A stretch of 13,911 nt of DNA from Candidatus Bathyarchaeum sp. GTDB lineage: Archaea; Thermoproteota; Bathyarchaeia; Bathyarchaeales; Bathyarchaeaceae. Below are positions 1 to 7,848 of this stretch, in pieces. Made by a program: the position numbers and the translations under genes. The stretch's first letter is position 1, and the number at the start of each line of letters is the position of its first letter. The notes below the pieces were generated by a model. That model was not told where the DNA came from. It did not search any database and saw only the letters and a list, made by a program, of their open reading frames with translations. The stretch is taken from positions 1-13,911 of the forward strand of contig JAOZIF010000149.1 in NCBI GenBank assembly GCA_026014495.1, given 5' to 3'.

Positions 1-49
1 GCCTGTGATCCATTGGGTCGCGAGGGTTCAAATCCCTCCCTCGGCGCCA
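1..49 (+). tRNA. 3' portion of a class II (long variable arm) tRNA, probably tRNA-Ser; truncated by the window edge, anticodon not visible
   Basis: Variable-arm hairpin GATCC-ATT-GGGTC (7-19), T-arm GAGGG-TTCAAAT-CCCTC (22-38), acceptor 3' strand CCTCGGC (39-45), discriminator G46, encoded CCA (47-49). A long variable arm plus G73 is the known tRNA-Ser signature. Confidence 0.88.
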
Positions 50-148
50 CAAACACATTCATAGACAACAGTTTTTTGGTAGAACCTGCTTTTAGCTACA
101 GGTAATTTTTTTAACTCTTAGAATTGCACGTTAAATTAATAGATTTTG

Positions 149-173
149 AAAATAAAAAAAAGAAAGATGGGAA
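149..173 (-). terminator. Pyrimidine/U-rich archaeal terminator after the protease gene
   Basis: Minus strand reads TTCCCATCTTTCTTTTTTTTATTT directly after the TAA stop at 175-177. Confidence 0.55.
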
Positions 174-174
174 T

Positions 175-909
175 TTACCCATATAGAGCTACTATTCCTG
201 CTTTGTCTCCATCGTATAGGTCTCGTTTGATTGTCTCTCCATATGTAGCGTAGCCATACATTGTTTGTTGATACATTGTTGAGTCATAAAGATCAGCTAG
301 GCCCAAGGCGTGTCCAAGTTCGTGTGTTACTATGTTTTGCAGGTCCATAACAGTTGAATCGTCATCAGCGTTTCCCCACTCGTAGTACTCGTCATTAAAG
401 ATAATATCGAATTCAACAATTTGCCTCGCGCTTGGTGGCCCAACAAACACTCCCCAGACAACACACATCGCAATAGCGTTTGGCTCGTCAATTGTTCCAA
501 AAACTATCTCATTTTTGCCGTCTCGCACATCTGTATCCAACACAGCAGAACTGTCAAAAACTATTGAAGCAATGTCATAATCATAGAAGAGATTCGCGGA
601 TGACCACAAATCCCATTCATTGGTTGCATCGATTATTGCAGTTGCGACTGAATCAGCTGAAAGCCCATCATCGTTAGTGGGATTGATAACAAATTCCAAG
701 TCAAGTGATGTCCATTTGACATTTTTTGGTAAGAATTCGTAGTCTGCAACGTCCTTTGCTGGTTTTCCGACGCCTTCTGGTTTAGCAAAATCTTGTACTC
801 TATGTATAAAGACAATTTTGGTAACAGCTGGTTTTGAGTTTGCTGCTGCAACTAAAGGTATTGAAATTAGAACAGTAGTAATGAATAGTAAAGCAAATAT
901 TTTCTTCAT
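175..909 (-). CDS. Secreted matrixin-like (M10-type) metzincin zinc metalloprotease
   Basis: Sec signal peptide MKKIFALLFITTVLISIPLVAAA; zinc motif HELGHALGLAD (HExxHxxGxxD) followed by Met-turn TMYGY and 'GDKAGIVALY'. Start placed at ATG 909 rather than 927 because of TATA-box spacing and signal-peptide position. Confidence 0.85.
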   Translation of the reverse strand: MKKIFALLFITTVLISIPLVAAANSKPAVTKIVFIHRVQDFAKPEGVGKPAKDVADYEFLPKNVKWTSLDLEFVINPTNDDGLSADSVATAIIDATNEWDLWSSANLFYDYDIASIVFDSSAVLDTDVRDGKNEIVFGTIDEPNAIAMCVVWGVFVGPPSARQIVEFDIIFNDEYYEWGNADDDSTVMDLQNIVTHELGHALGLADLYDSTMYQQTMYGYATYGETIKRDLYDGDKAGIVALYG

Positions 910-940
910 TTTTAACCGCTCATACAATGTTCAAGAATTG

Positions 941-967
941 TTAATAAGATTTGTTCTGAACCAGAAC
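941..967 (-). promoter_or_regulatory. TATA box (TTATTAA, 947-941) of the protease gene with adjacent inverted repeat GTTCTG-AAC-CAGAAC (953-967)
   Basis: AT-rich box about 32-38 nt upstream of ATG 909; perfect 6-3-6 inverted repeat directly upstream of it. Confidence 0.45.
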
Positions 968-1125
968 TAGTGTTTAATTATGATTACAAAAATTTGGATT
1001 TTATAAAATAGACCTTTGTTTAAGTGTGTAATTGACCCAAACATAGCAGCAACAACAAAACCTAAACGCAGTAACGCTCTTTACAAGATTGATGATAATA
1101 TCTTTAAGGGGAATAATACTGAATC

Positions 1126-2604
1126 ATGACTTATCTCCGTAAGTTTGTTCGGTTTGCATTCTTGTTCACTGTGATTTGTTTAGCAGTCACTGTGAACGTT
1201 TGGGCAGAATATGGAGGACTAGTTTTAGAATGGGAACAGCATTGGGAAACCTATGGCGTAGGAGGCACATGCAATTTTGGCACACATAACTTCTTTGTGG
1301 GCGACGTTGACAGCGATGGCGTTATGGAAATGATTACAGGCGGAATGATGTATCACACGGCAAACTATACACGCTCAGAACTTGAAGCTCCGCTTATGAT
1401 CTGGAATTGGGATGGAGAAAAATTTACGCTTGAACACAGCCACACTTGGGCAGGAGCAATTACATCCATTTATGCTGCAGATTCAGACGGTGATGGCTCA
1501 ACTGAAATAATCACAGCAGGACGAGTAATTAACACCACAAACAGTTACTCTTCGCTTAGAGTATGGAAATACAACAATGAAGACTTGGTTCTAAAAAGCA
1601 GCTATGAAGGAATACATGTTAGCTCAATCTTTGTCAGCGATGTAAATAATGACGGCACACCCGAGATACTCACTGCAGGGGATGCCTCTGATGGGGTTAA
1701 GTCTTATGCACAATTGTGTATTTTGCATTGGAACAAAGACGGCTTTGTATTAAAACAAAGCATCGAATGGTGTGCGAGTGAAGATGCCAGCGCCAACTCG
1801 GTTTACGCGTATGATTTGAATAATGATGGTGAAGTTGAGATTGTTACTGGCGGTTACGATAACGACTTGAAGAATAGTAGTGGTCAATTGCGTATATGGC
1901 ATTGGAACGGAGAAGAGTTGTCTATGGCAACGAATAGTGAGTGGCGTATGGTAGACGGCGTTTATGGGGCAACAATTACGGGCGACCCGATGGGAAACAC
2001 AGTAGTTGAGAACGTGAAAGTGGATGATGTTGACAATGATGGCGTTGTAGAAATAGTGTCTGGTGGATTCACGTATGATGGTGAAAAAGTTAATGCACAA
2101 CTTCGAGTCTGGAACTGGACTGGACAAACTCTTAATCTAGAAAAAAGTCATGAGTGGAGCACTGAAGACATCACTGAAATCAAAGCTGTAGCACTAAATG
2201 ATGTTAACGGAGATAACCATGTGGATATTGTGACCAGTGGAATAACGGCAGTTTATGGCGGTTTTAGTGATGATGATACACCTCCCGAAACGGCTCAGCT
2301 AAGAGTCTGGAACTGGAATAGCGAAGAATTAACTCTAGAGCACAGTGAAGACTGGCAGGTAGGCGAGGGGGTTGTCGCTTGGAACATTGCCACAGGAGAT
2401 GTTGACAAAGATGACACGGTTGAAATAGTGACCGTTGGTTGCATGTATGTAACCAACTTGTGTGACCCTGATTTGAGAATATGGTCTATCGCAAAAGAAC
2501 CTGTTTCTTTTCCATACACACTTTTGGCAGCGCTGGCGATATTGTTAGCCACGATAATAGTTATCGGATTTTTGTTCATTAAAAAGAAACGAAATCAGCA
2601 TTGA
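1126..2604 (+). CDS. Membrane-anchored FG-GAP/VCBS-repeat (integrin-alpha-like) 7-blade beta-propeller surface protein
   Basis: N-terminal signal peptide (…VNVWA). Seven DxDxDGxxEI(I/V)TxG-type motifs: GDVDSDGVMEMITGG, ADSDGDGSTEIITAG, SDVNNDGTPEILTAG, YDLNNDGEVEIVTGG, DDVDNDGVVEIVSGG, NDVNGDNHVDIVTSG, GDVDKDDTVEIVTVG. Each is followed by an LxxWxW-type strand. C-terminal TM helix plus KKKR tail. TTTAAG box at 1103-1108 suggests a leaderless mRNA. Confidence 0.88.
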   Translation: MTYLRKFVRFAFLFTVICLAVTVNVWAEYGGLVLEWEQHWETYGVGGTCNFGTHNFFVGDVDSDGVMEMITGGMMYHTANYTRSELEAPLMIWNWDGEKFTLEHSHTWAGAITSIYAADSDGDGSTEIITAGRVINTTNSYSSLRVWKYNNEDLVLKSSYEGIHVSSIFVSDVNNDGTPEILTAGDASDGVKSYAQLCILHWNKDGFVLKQSIEWCASEDASANSVYAYDLNNDGEVEIVTGGYDNDLKNSSGQLRIWHWNGEELSMATNSEWRMVDGVYGATITGDPMGNTVVENVKVDDVDNDGVVEIVSGGFTYDGEKVNAQLRVWNWTGQTLNLEKSHEWSTEDITEIKAVALNDVNGDNHVDIVTSGITAVYGGFSDDDTPPETAQLRVWNWNSEELTLEHSEDWQVGEGVVAWNIATGDVDKDDTVEIVTVGCMYVTNLCDPDLRIWSIAKEPVSFPYTLLAALAILLATIIVIGFLFIKKKRNQH

Positions 2605-2639
2605 CCACCATTTAGAGTCATGCTATTTGTGAACGTTAG

Positions 2640-4208
2640 TTACCCAAGGCTTCTTCTTAATTGTGCGGCTTGTTCAAGGTAATCTTTAGCGCTCTGGTCG
2701 TCTTGTTCCATGTAGGCGATAAGAAAATTACTTACAGTGTTTTCATACGTTCTATGGCTGAGAGTTCGTGGTCCAAACTTGATTCCAAGGTCTTCCTGAG
2801 CAACATTGATGTCTAGCAAGAATCTGGTGAGAGCCGACCTTAAACGCTCCTCTTCCATTCCAGCTCTTTTTGCCACTGCATTGTACATCCCAAGAATCAT
2901 GTTGATGTTTTGCCAAGACAAGTATCCTGCAACAGCATTAAGATCAGACTTTAGGTTCACATAGTACCGATTTAGAACATTCCATTCCTCCTCGGTTAGA
3001 CCATTCACTGCTTCCAAGCCAATGAACTCAGGGGGTATACCCAAAGAGTAAAGGGCTGCAGCAAAAGTTATCGCCCGTGGAAGAGCAATTCCCTCCACAG
3101 TTCGACTATAGCCGAAAAGTCCGATATGCAGTTTTCTTGCTCTACGTTTAGGAATATACGACACAACACTGGTTATCAATGGAGCCAAATCCTCCACAAC
3201 CATCTGATACTTCAACTTGAATTTCTCAAGTATTTTGAGCAAAACTTTCTCGTCAGACTCGCCAATAAGAGCTTGCTCACCAAATGGAAGCTTCTGGTTC
3301 AAAACATCAACAACACGCTTAACATCATCTACAGGAAAATCATACTTCAAACCGGACTGGATGCTTGCAGTGTAAACTCCCTTGTACTCGGCTAAAAAGC
3401 CCTCCAAGTTGCTGGGCGACAAGTGCCCCCTAAAAGGCATAGACCCCACACCAATGATTGGATAAACGGGAACACCTTTGCGGCTCTCTAACATTTTTAG
3501 TTTTGATAAAGCAATCTTGGTAAGCAATGTTGCGCAAACAAGACCATAATTAAGAGCAGGGTCTGAACGTGCAATGAAAACACGAACATAACTGGGCTTA
3601 ACAGCGTCCAAGTATGGCTCAACTATCTGGTCTATCTTCAAGAGGCTATTCATATCTTCAATCAATGGAATTAACTCAATACGACTTGGCTTGAATGTAC
3701 CAACCCAATCCTTAACTGTCACAGAACCATCCAAAGAAATGTCTTCGACACCAACAATTCCCTTCCGATAATAATTAAACAGGCACAAAAGCTCCGCACC
3801 ATCAGTTGTAAAGGGCAATATCACCTCAAAAATTGGGTTGACTTCCCTCTTGTAGAAGGTTGACGCCACATCAGAACTGACGGCGATGTTTTGAAGGGTT
3901 TCAACAACAATTTTTCGTTCAGCAACCTCAACTCTGGGGTTAGGAATGCGATACGTAAGAAAAACGTCTTTTCCAATCACATTTTCTTTGAAGTAGTCCC
4001 CGTATGAAGTCAACAGCTTTCGTATAACACGGATGTCTGTATCTTTTCCTTCACTGTCCCACATGACCTCTTGGCAGCCAAGCTCGTTATAGGCAAAATG
4101 CGCTTCATAAACTTCAGCATCGCCCTCAATAACTTTATTCGCTTGCCATACCGGAGCACAAGCGTTGTCAGGATGCTGAGTAGACATAGTACGTGGTATC
4201 TTTCGCAT
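2640..4208 (-). CDS. ppcA: Archaeal-type phosphoenolpyruvate carboxylase
   Basis: Hallmark motifs IPRTMSTQHPDN, TYRIPNP, FIARSDPALNYG, IIGVGSMPFRGHL, GLFGYSR, LPRAITF; size ~520 aa typical of archaeal PEPC. Confidence 0.96.
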   Translation of the reverse strand: MRKIPRTMSTQHPDNACAPVWQANKVIEGDAEVYEAHFAYNELGCQEVMWDSEGKDTDIRVIRKLLTSYGDYFKENVIGKDVFLTYRIPNPRVEVAERKIVVETLQNIAVSSDVASTFYKREVNPIFEVILPFTTDGAELLCLFNYYRKGIVGVEDISLDGSVTVKDWVGTFKPSRIELIPLIEDMNSLLKIDQIVEPYLDAVKPSYVRVFIARSDPALNYGLVCATLLTKIALSKLKMLESRKGVPVYPIIGVGSMPFRGHLSPSNLEGFLAEYKGVYTASIQSGLKYDFPVDDVKRVVDVLNQKLPFGEQALIGESDEKVLLKILEKFKLKYQMVVEDLAPLITSVVSYIPKRRARKLHIGLFGYSRTVEGIALPRAITFAAALYSLGIPPEFIGLEAVNGLTEEEWNVLNRYYVNLKSDLNAVAGYLSWQNINMILGMYNAVAKRAGMEEERLRSALTRFLLDINVAQEDLGIKFGPRTLSHRTYENTVSNFLIAYMEQDDQSAKDYLEQAAQLRRSLG

Positions 4209-4228
4209 AATGTTTCACAAGTATAGTG

Positions 4229-4237
4229 TTTATTAAA
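4229..4237 (-). promoter_or_regulatory. TATA box of ppcA (leaderless transcript likely)
   Basis: TTTAATAAA on the minus strand centred about 25 nt upstream of ATG 4208; no SD motif. Confidence 0.5.
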
Positions 4238-4284
4238 TGCAAGTTAAAAGCCATTCTTTGGGTTCAAAGGTTTAACATGCATAC

Positions 4285-4313
4285 AAAAAAAGGGGAACCA
4301 GAAAAATCTGGTT
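4285..4313 (-). terminator. Hairpin plus U-tract terminator after the fasciclin gene
   Basis: 7-bp stem AACCAGA/TCTGGTT with 4-nt loop (4296-4313), followed on the minus strand by CCCCTTTTTTT. Confidence 0.6.
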
Positions 4314-4328
4314 AACTGGGATTTCCTA

Positions 4329-4733
4329 CTACATTTTTGGCATTAACACTTTGTCGATTACGTGAATTACACCATTTGTGCATCGTATGTCCTTTTGGAT
4401 GACCCGTGCATCACCTATCATGACTCCTCTTGAAGAATTGATTGAAACATCTTGACCTTGAACGGTTCGCGCAGAATGAAGGTTAGCTACATCCGAAGAT
4501 GAAATTCTCCCATTCACTACGTGATAAGTCAAAACAGAACGCAGTTTCGCTTTATCCTTGAGCAAATCCTGTACCTGTCTTGAAGGCAGCTTTGCAAAAG
4601 CAGCATCATTAGGAGCAAAAACAGTAAACGGTCCCTGAGCACTTAAAGTCTCCCAGAGACCTGCTGATTGGATGGCACTTACTAAAGTTTTGAAAGACCC
4701 TGCATCCGCAGCCGTTTGTATAATATTCTTCAT
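4329..4733 (-). CDS. Stand-alone fasciclin (FAS1) domain protein
   Basis: FAS1 H1 motif GPFTVFAPNDAAFAKLP, LTYHVV, and H2 motif NGVIHVIDKVLMP; strong SD GGAGGTGA upstream of the ATG; no signal peptide. Confidence 0.93.
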   Translation of the reverse strand: MKNIIQTAADAGSFKTLVSAIQSAGLWETLSAQGPFTVFAPNDAAFAKLPSRQVQDLLKDKAKLRSVLTYHVVNGRISSSDVANLHSARTVQGQDVSINSSRGVMIGDARVIQKDIRCTNGVIHVIDKVLMPKM

Positions 4734-4835
4734 ACTTTCACCTCCCCCAAACTTCGAAAATAAGACATTTACTACTTTAACTAACCGTTAAATATGTGTT
4801 TTCAACGAAAAAATTTGGCAATTAGTCTAACTTTT

Positions 4836-5189
4836 TTAATCAGAAAACTCTGGGAAGAAGTTTACCTTAATGGTCCAACAGTTGAGAAGAAACTGGCGCG
4901 GATTCAAGTGACCCCGCGCTTTCTCTTCTGATGTAAGGAAATGAGCAACTTTCACTAAGAGTTTGTCGTTGACGTAGTGTCCGATGTGTTGCACTTTGGC
5001 AGGTAAGAAGTTTGCGATGTAGTGTATGAACTCATGAAGGAAAACTATATTTCTGAACCATGAAGTGAAGTCGTCTGCTATTCCGATTATTCCTCGGTAT
5101 TCAAAGCCTGCTGCGCCAATGTCTTTGCTTTCGCTGTGAACTATGAGTGGAGGAAAGAATATGGCGGTGTTGTTTAGTTGGACTTTCAT
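4836..5189 (-). CDS. Small (117 aa) hypothetical protein with an HExxH zincin-like motif
   Basis: SD-like GGGGGAG just upstream of the ATG; strand-then-helix segment GIIGIADDFTSWFRNIVFLHEFIH; T-tract after the stop. Confidence 0.55.
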   Translation of the reverse strand: MKVQLNNTAIFFPPLIVHSESKDIGAAGFEYRGIIGIADDFTSWFRNIVFLHEFIHYIANFLPAKVQHIGHYVNDKLLVKVAHFLTSEEKARGHLNPRQFLLNCWTIKVNFFPEFSD

Positions 5190-5456
5190 TTATGCTCCCC
5201 CATTTGACAGCTGAAGGAAAACCACAAAAACTGCAGATTCTTATAAACCTTACGAAAAAACTGCGCATAAATAAACATACAAATGTACAAAGGTTTAGTT
5301 GTTGACATTTCGAAGCCTGAAGAGTTATAGGCATTTAGAAAACACAAAAAAAGAACCATAAACACGGCATCAAAAAAAAGAGGTCTATAGTTGTGATGAG
5401 ACAATCTTTTTTTAGTAGGTTACATGTATGGATGAAAACATTGGGGAATAGTTACG

Positions 5457-6518
5457 ATGAACGTTGGAATAGTCGGTTGTGGATTCATTTCTGGAATACA
5501 CGTCAACGCATGGAAAGACGCAAAACAAAAAGTAGTTGCCGTCTGCGATCTGAACGAAAAAGCCGCCATAAAATTCGCCAAAGACTGGAATATCCCATCT
5601 TACTACACCAACGTCTCTGAAATGCTAAAAAAAGAAAAACTGTCTGCTATTTCAGTGTGCGTTCCACCCAAATTTCATGCAAGCGTAGCCATAGAAGCCT
5701 TAGAAGCAGGCTGTAACGTAGTTGTTGAAAAACCATTCACAGAAAACACTGAAGACGCAAAAAAACTGCTAGATGTCCTTCAAAGAACAGACAAGAAAAT
5801 GACGATAATTCATAGCCAACTATTCGAGCATTCAATTTTTCAGGCAATGAACAAAGTCAAGGCAGGAGAAATCGGTCAAATCGTAGGCATGGATGTTGGG
5901 GTTTTGCATAGTCCTGACGAAATGATGGCAGTAGACAAAAATCATTGGTGCCACAAGCTAGCAGGCGGTAGATTTGGAGAAAACTTGCCTCACCCGATAT
6001 ACATGATGCAAGCGTTTCTGGGAAAACTGGAAATCAAATCAGTGCTAACAGATAAGTTTGGGTCTAACTCGTGGATGGTTTTTGATGAATTGCGGGTAGT
6101 TTTAGCTGCAGAAAAAAACAGGTTTGGAACAATTCACATCAGCTTTAATGCTCCAGGACATGACCTAACTGATGTTCACGCAAACATATACGGCACTGGA
6201 GGCACAATCCACGCAGGAATCTATCCGGTTAGTAGCTTAATAGTTTCAAAGCCTGGACGTGGAATACTGCACTTAGGTAATATGGCGCAGCAATTCAAGA
6301 TTTGGGGCGCGTACCTAAAGAACATTGTAACCAAAGGAACAGGCCCCAGATACTATAGCGTTTCTCATGCGCGAATAATCAAATCGTTTGTGGACAGCAT
6401 TTCTGGCAACGGAAAAGCATTAGTTACTCCTGAAATGGGATACGAAAACATCCAAGTGGTTGAACAAATCTGCAAACAAATAGATGCTGCAGCTCAAAAA
6501 GTACAACAAACCAAATAG
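5457..6518 (+). CDS. Gfo/Idh/MocA family NAD(P)-dependent oxidoreductase
   Basis: Rossmann start NVGIVGCGFIS, VVAVCD, VVVEKPF motif, GGRFGENLPH catalytic-region motif; ~350 aa. Confidence 0.92.
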   Translation: MNVGIVGCGFISGIHVNAWKDAKQKVVAVCDLNEKAAIKFAKDWNIPSYYTNVSEMLKKEKLSAISVCVPPKFHASVAIEALEAGCNVVVEKPFTENTEDAKKLLDVLQRTDKKMTIIHSQLFEHSIFQAMNKVKAGEIGQIVGMDVGVLHSPDEMMAVDKNHWCHKLAGGRFGENLPHPIYMMQAFLGKLEIKSVLTDKFGSNSWMVFDELRVVLAAEKNRFGTIHISFNAPGHDLTDVHANIYGTGGTIHAGIYPVSSLIVSKPGRGILHLGNMAQQFKIWGAYLKNIVTKGTGPRYYSVSHARIIKSFVDSISGNGKALVTPEMGYENIQVVEQICKQIDAAAQKVQQTK

Positions 6519-6566
6519 TAGTTAGTAAATTGGTCAGTTCACTTTCTTGACGTTAAAGGTTCCAGT

Positions 6567-7265
6567 TTATTGTGAGCGCTGCTTTCGTAGTATATGGTTA
6601 ACAGACTTTTCTGTTTCAACATGAATTAGCCGATGCGACTTTCCGCATACAGGACAGGACCAATCCTGCCCTGTGTCCACTTCTTTCTTGGACAGCTTTT
6701 TCTTCTGTGCAGTCTGCTCTTTTTCTTTCAGTTTCTCTTCTGGCGAAAACTCTGAAAGCCCCCATGCACGTTCAAGCACAAAAAGCGTTACAAGCTCTTT
6801 TTCATTTTCCTGCTTGCTCAAAGTAACCAGATGTTTACCTGGTGCTTTTTTTCCAGTTGCCAGCTCATATGATTTAATATCATAGTTTTCCCTGATTACT
6901 GATGGAATCTCTTCGATACTAGAGACAACATTTCGTCGAAGCCTGTTATTCTCATCCAAATATGTTAAGGAAATAACGTCATAAAGCATCTCGTCAATCT
7001 GGCTTTCCTGAAAAACCATACTACTGCCTTCCAGCTGTGAAAAGCGGATGCCTGATGGACATTTCACAGCCTTAATCATAATCTTCTTTTGTTCCTTGTC
7101 TTTGCACAATTTGAAAAGCCATTCACCAGTAAGGAAGTCTTTAACGCGATAAAAATTCACTTCTCCAGTTCGTAACTGACGTAAACTCATATCGTACCAA
7201 ACGTCTTCTGGTCGTGCCTCAACCAGCTTAACATTGATGTTTTTTAGAAACTGCAAAACAGCCAC
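6567..7265 (-). CDS. Hypothetical protein with a charged linker and C-terminal CPVCG/His putative zinc-binding module
   Basis: 232-aa ORF with GTG start, globular-looking N-terminal ~170 aa, K/E-rich linker, then WSCPVCGKSHRLIH. No family recognised. Confidence 0.7.
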   Translation of the reverse strand: MAVLQFLKNINVKLVEARPEDVWYDMSLRQLRTGEVNFYRVKDFLTGEWLFKLCKDKEQKKIMIKAVKCPSGIRFSQLEGSSMVFQESQIDEMLYDVISLTYLDENNRLRRNVVSSIEEIPSVIRENYDIKSYELATGKKAPGKHLVTLSKQENEKELVTLFVLERAWGLSEFSPEEKLKEKEQTAQKKKLSKKEVDTGQDWSCPVCGKSHRLIHVETEKSVNHILRKQRSQ

Positions 7266-7331
7266 TCCGCTCTAATGTAGAATTATGTTAAGTTTAAGAT
7301 TTTTGGAAATAAAGCGTGGTCACTAATTGCT

Positions 7332-7368
7332 AAAAAAATAAAGAAAAAAGGGAGAGGGAATAAACCCT
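7332..7368 (-). terminator. Terminator after surface-protein gene 1
   Basis: Weak stem AGGG/CCCT (7355-7368), then TTCCCTCTCCCTTTTTTCTTTATTTTTTT on the minus strand. Confidence 0.55.
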
Positions 7369-7381
7369 TGTTGATTGCCGA

Positions 7382-7848
7382 TTTTAGCCTGCTATTTTTT
7401 GGCGAATGGTAATAACTGCAAAGATTGCAGCTATTGCCGCGACCAAAGACAGAACTACAGCAATCCATGCTGGAGTACTGTCAACACTGCCCTTAACGTC
7501 TGTAACGTCAGCTTGCAGTGTGCCAACATCAGTCTCAATTGAAGCAGTGTTACCTTCGATGCTTGTGATTGTTCCTTGTAGGGTTCCAAGAGTAGTGCTT
7601 ACAGTTGCGATGTCACCATCAATTGCAGTCACTTTTGCGTCAAGGTTAGAAACAGCTGTGGATAAAGTTCCAATGTCAGTTTGAATTGTAGCCAGCTCGC
7701 TTGTGAGGCTTGTAATGTCCAAAGCAGAAACAGTGGTTTCCAGTTCACCAACATTTGTGGTGATTGTTGCAATTCCACTGGATATACTTGTAAGTTCGGC
7801 ATCCAAACCATTCAAGCTGGTAATAATCACGCCTTGGCTTGTGGTTAT
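7382..7848. repeat. Copy 1 of a 467-bp direct repeat (stalk + TM anchor + stop of the surface proteins)
   Basis: Base-by-base match to 9825-10291 (offset 2443); identical over 7382-7785, mismatches only at 7786/10229 and 7797/10240. Confidence 0.95.

Noticed and set aside
175-927. Protease start at ATG 927 as given in the ORF track
   Set aside because: Only about 14 nt from the TATA box, and it adds MYERLK ahead of a textbook signal peptide starting at ATG 909.
480-3395. Small overlapping ORFs 480..677, 633..851, 1750..2127, 2295..2579, 3126..3395
   Set aside because: Fully overlap well-supported longer genes and show no motifs or start signals.
5224-5277. Imperfect direct repeat AAAAACTGC…ATAAAC (two copies)
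   Set aside because: Only two short low-complexity copies in A-rich DNA; not a CRISPR array or iteron set.
5186-5404. 72-aa ORF whose stop overlaps (ATGA) the start of the HExxH ORF
   Set aside because: F/L/M-rich translation of a T-rich intergenic tract with no SD and no recognisable motif; the overlap alone is not enough evidence.
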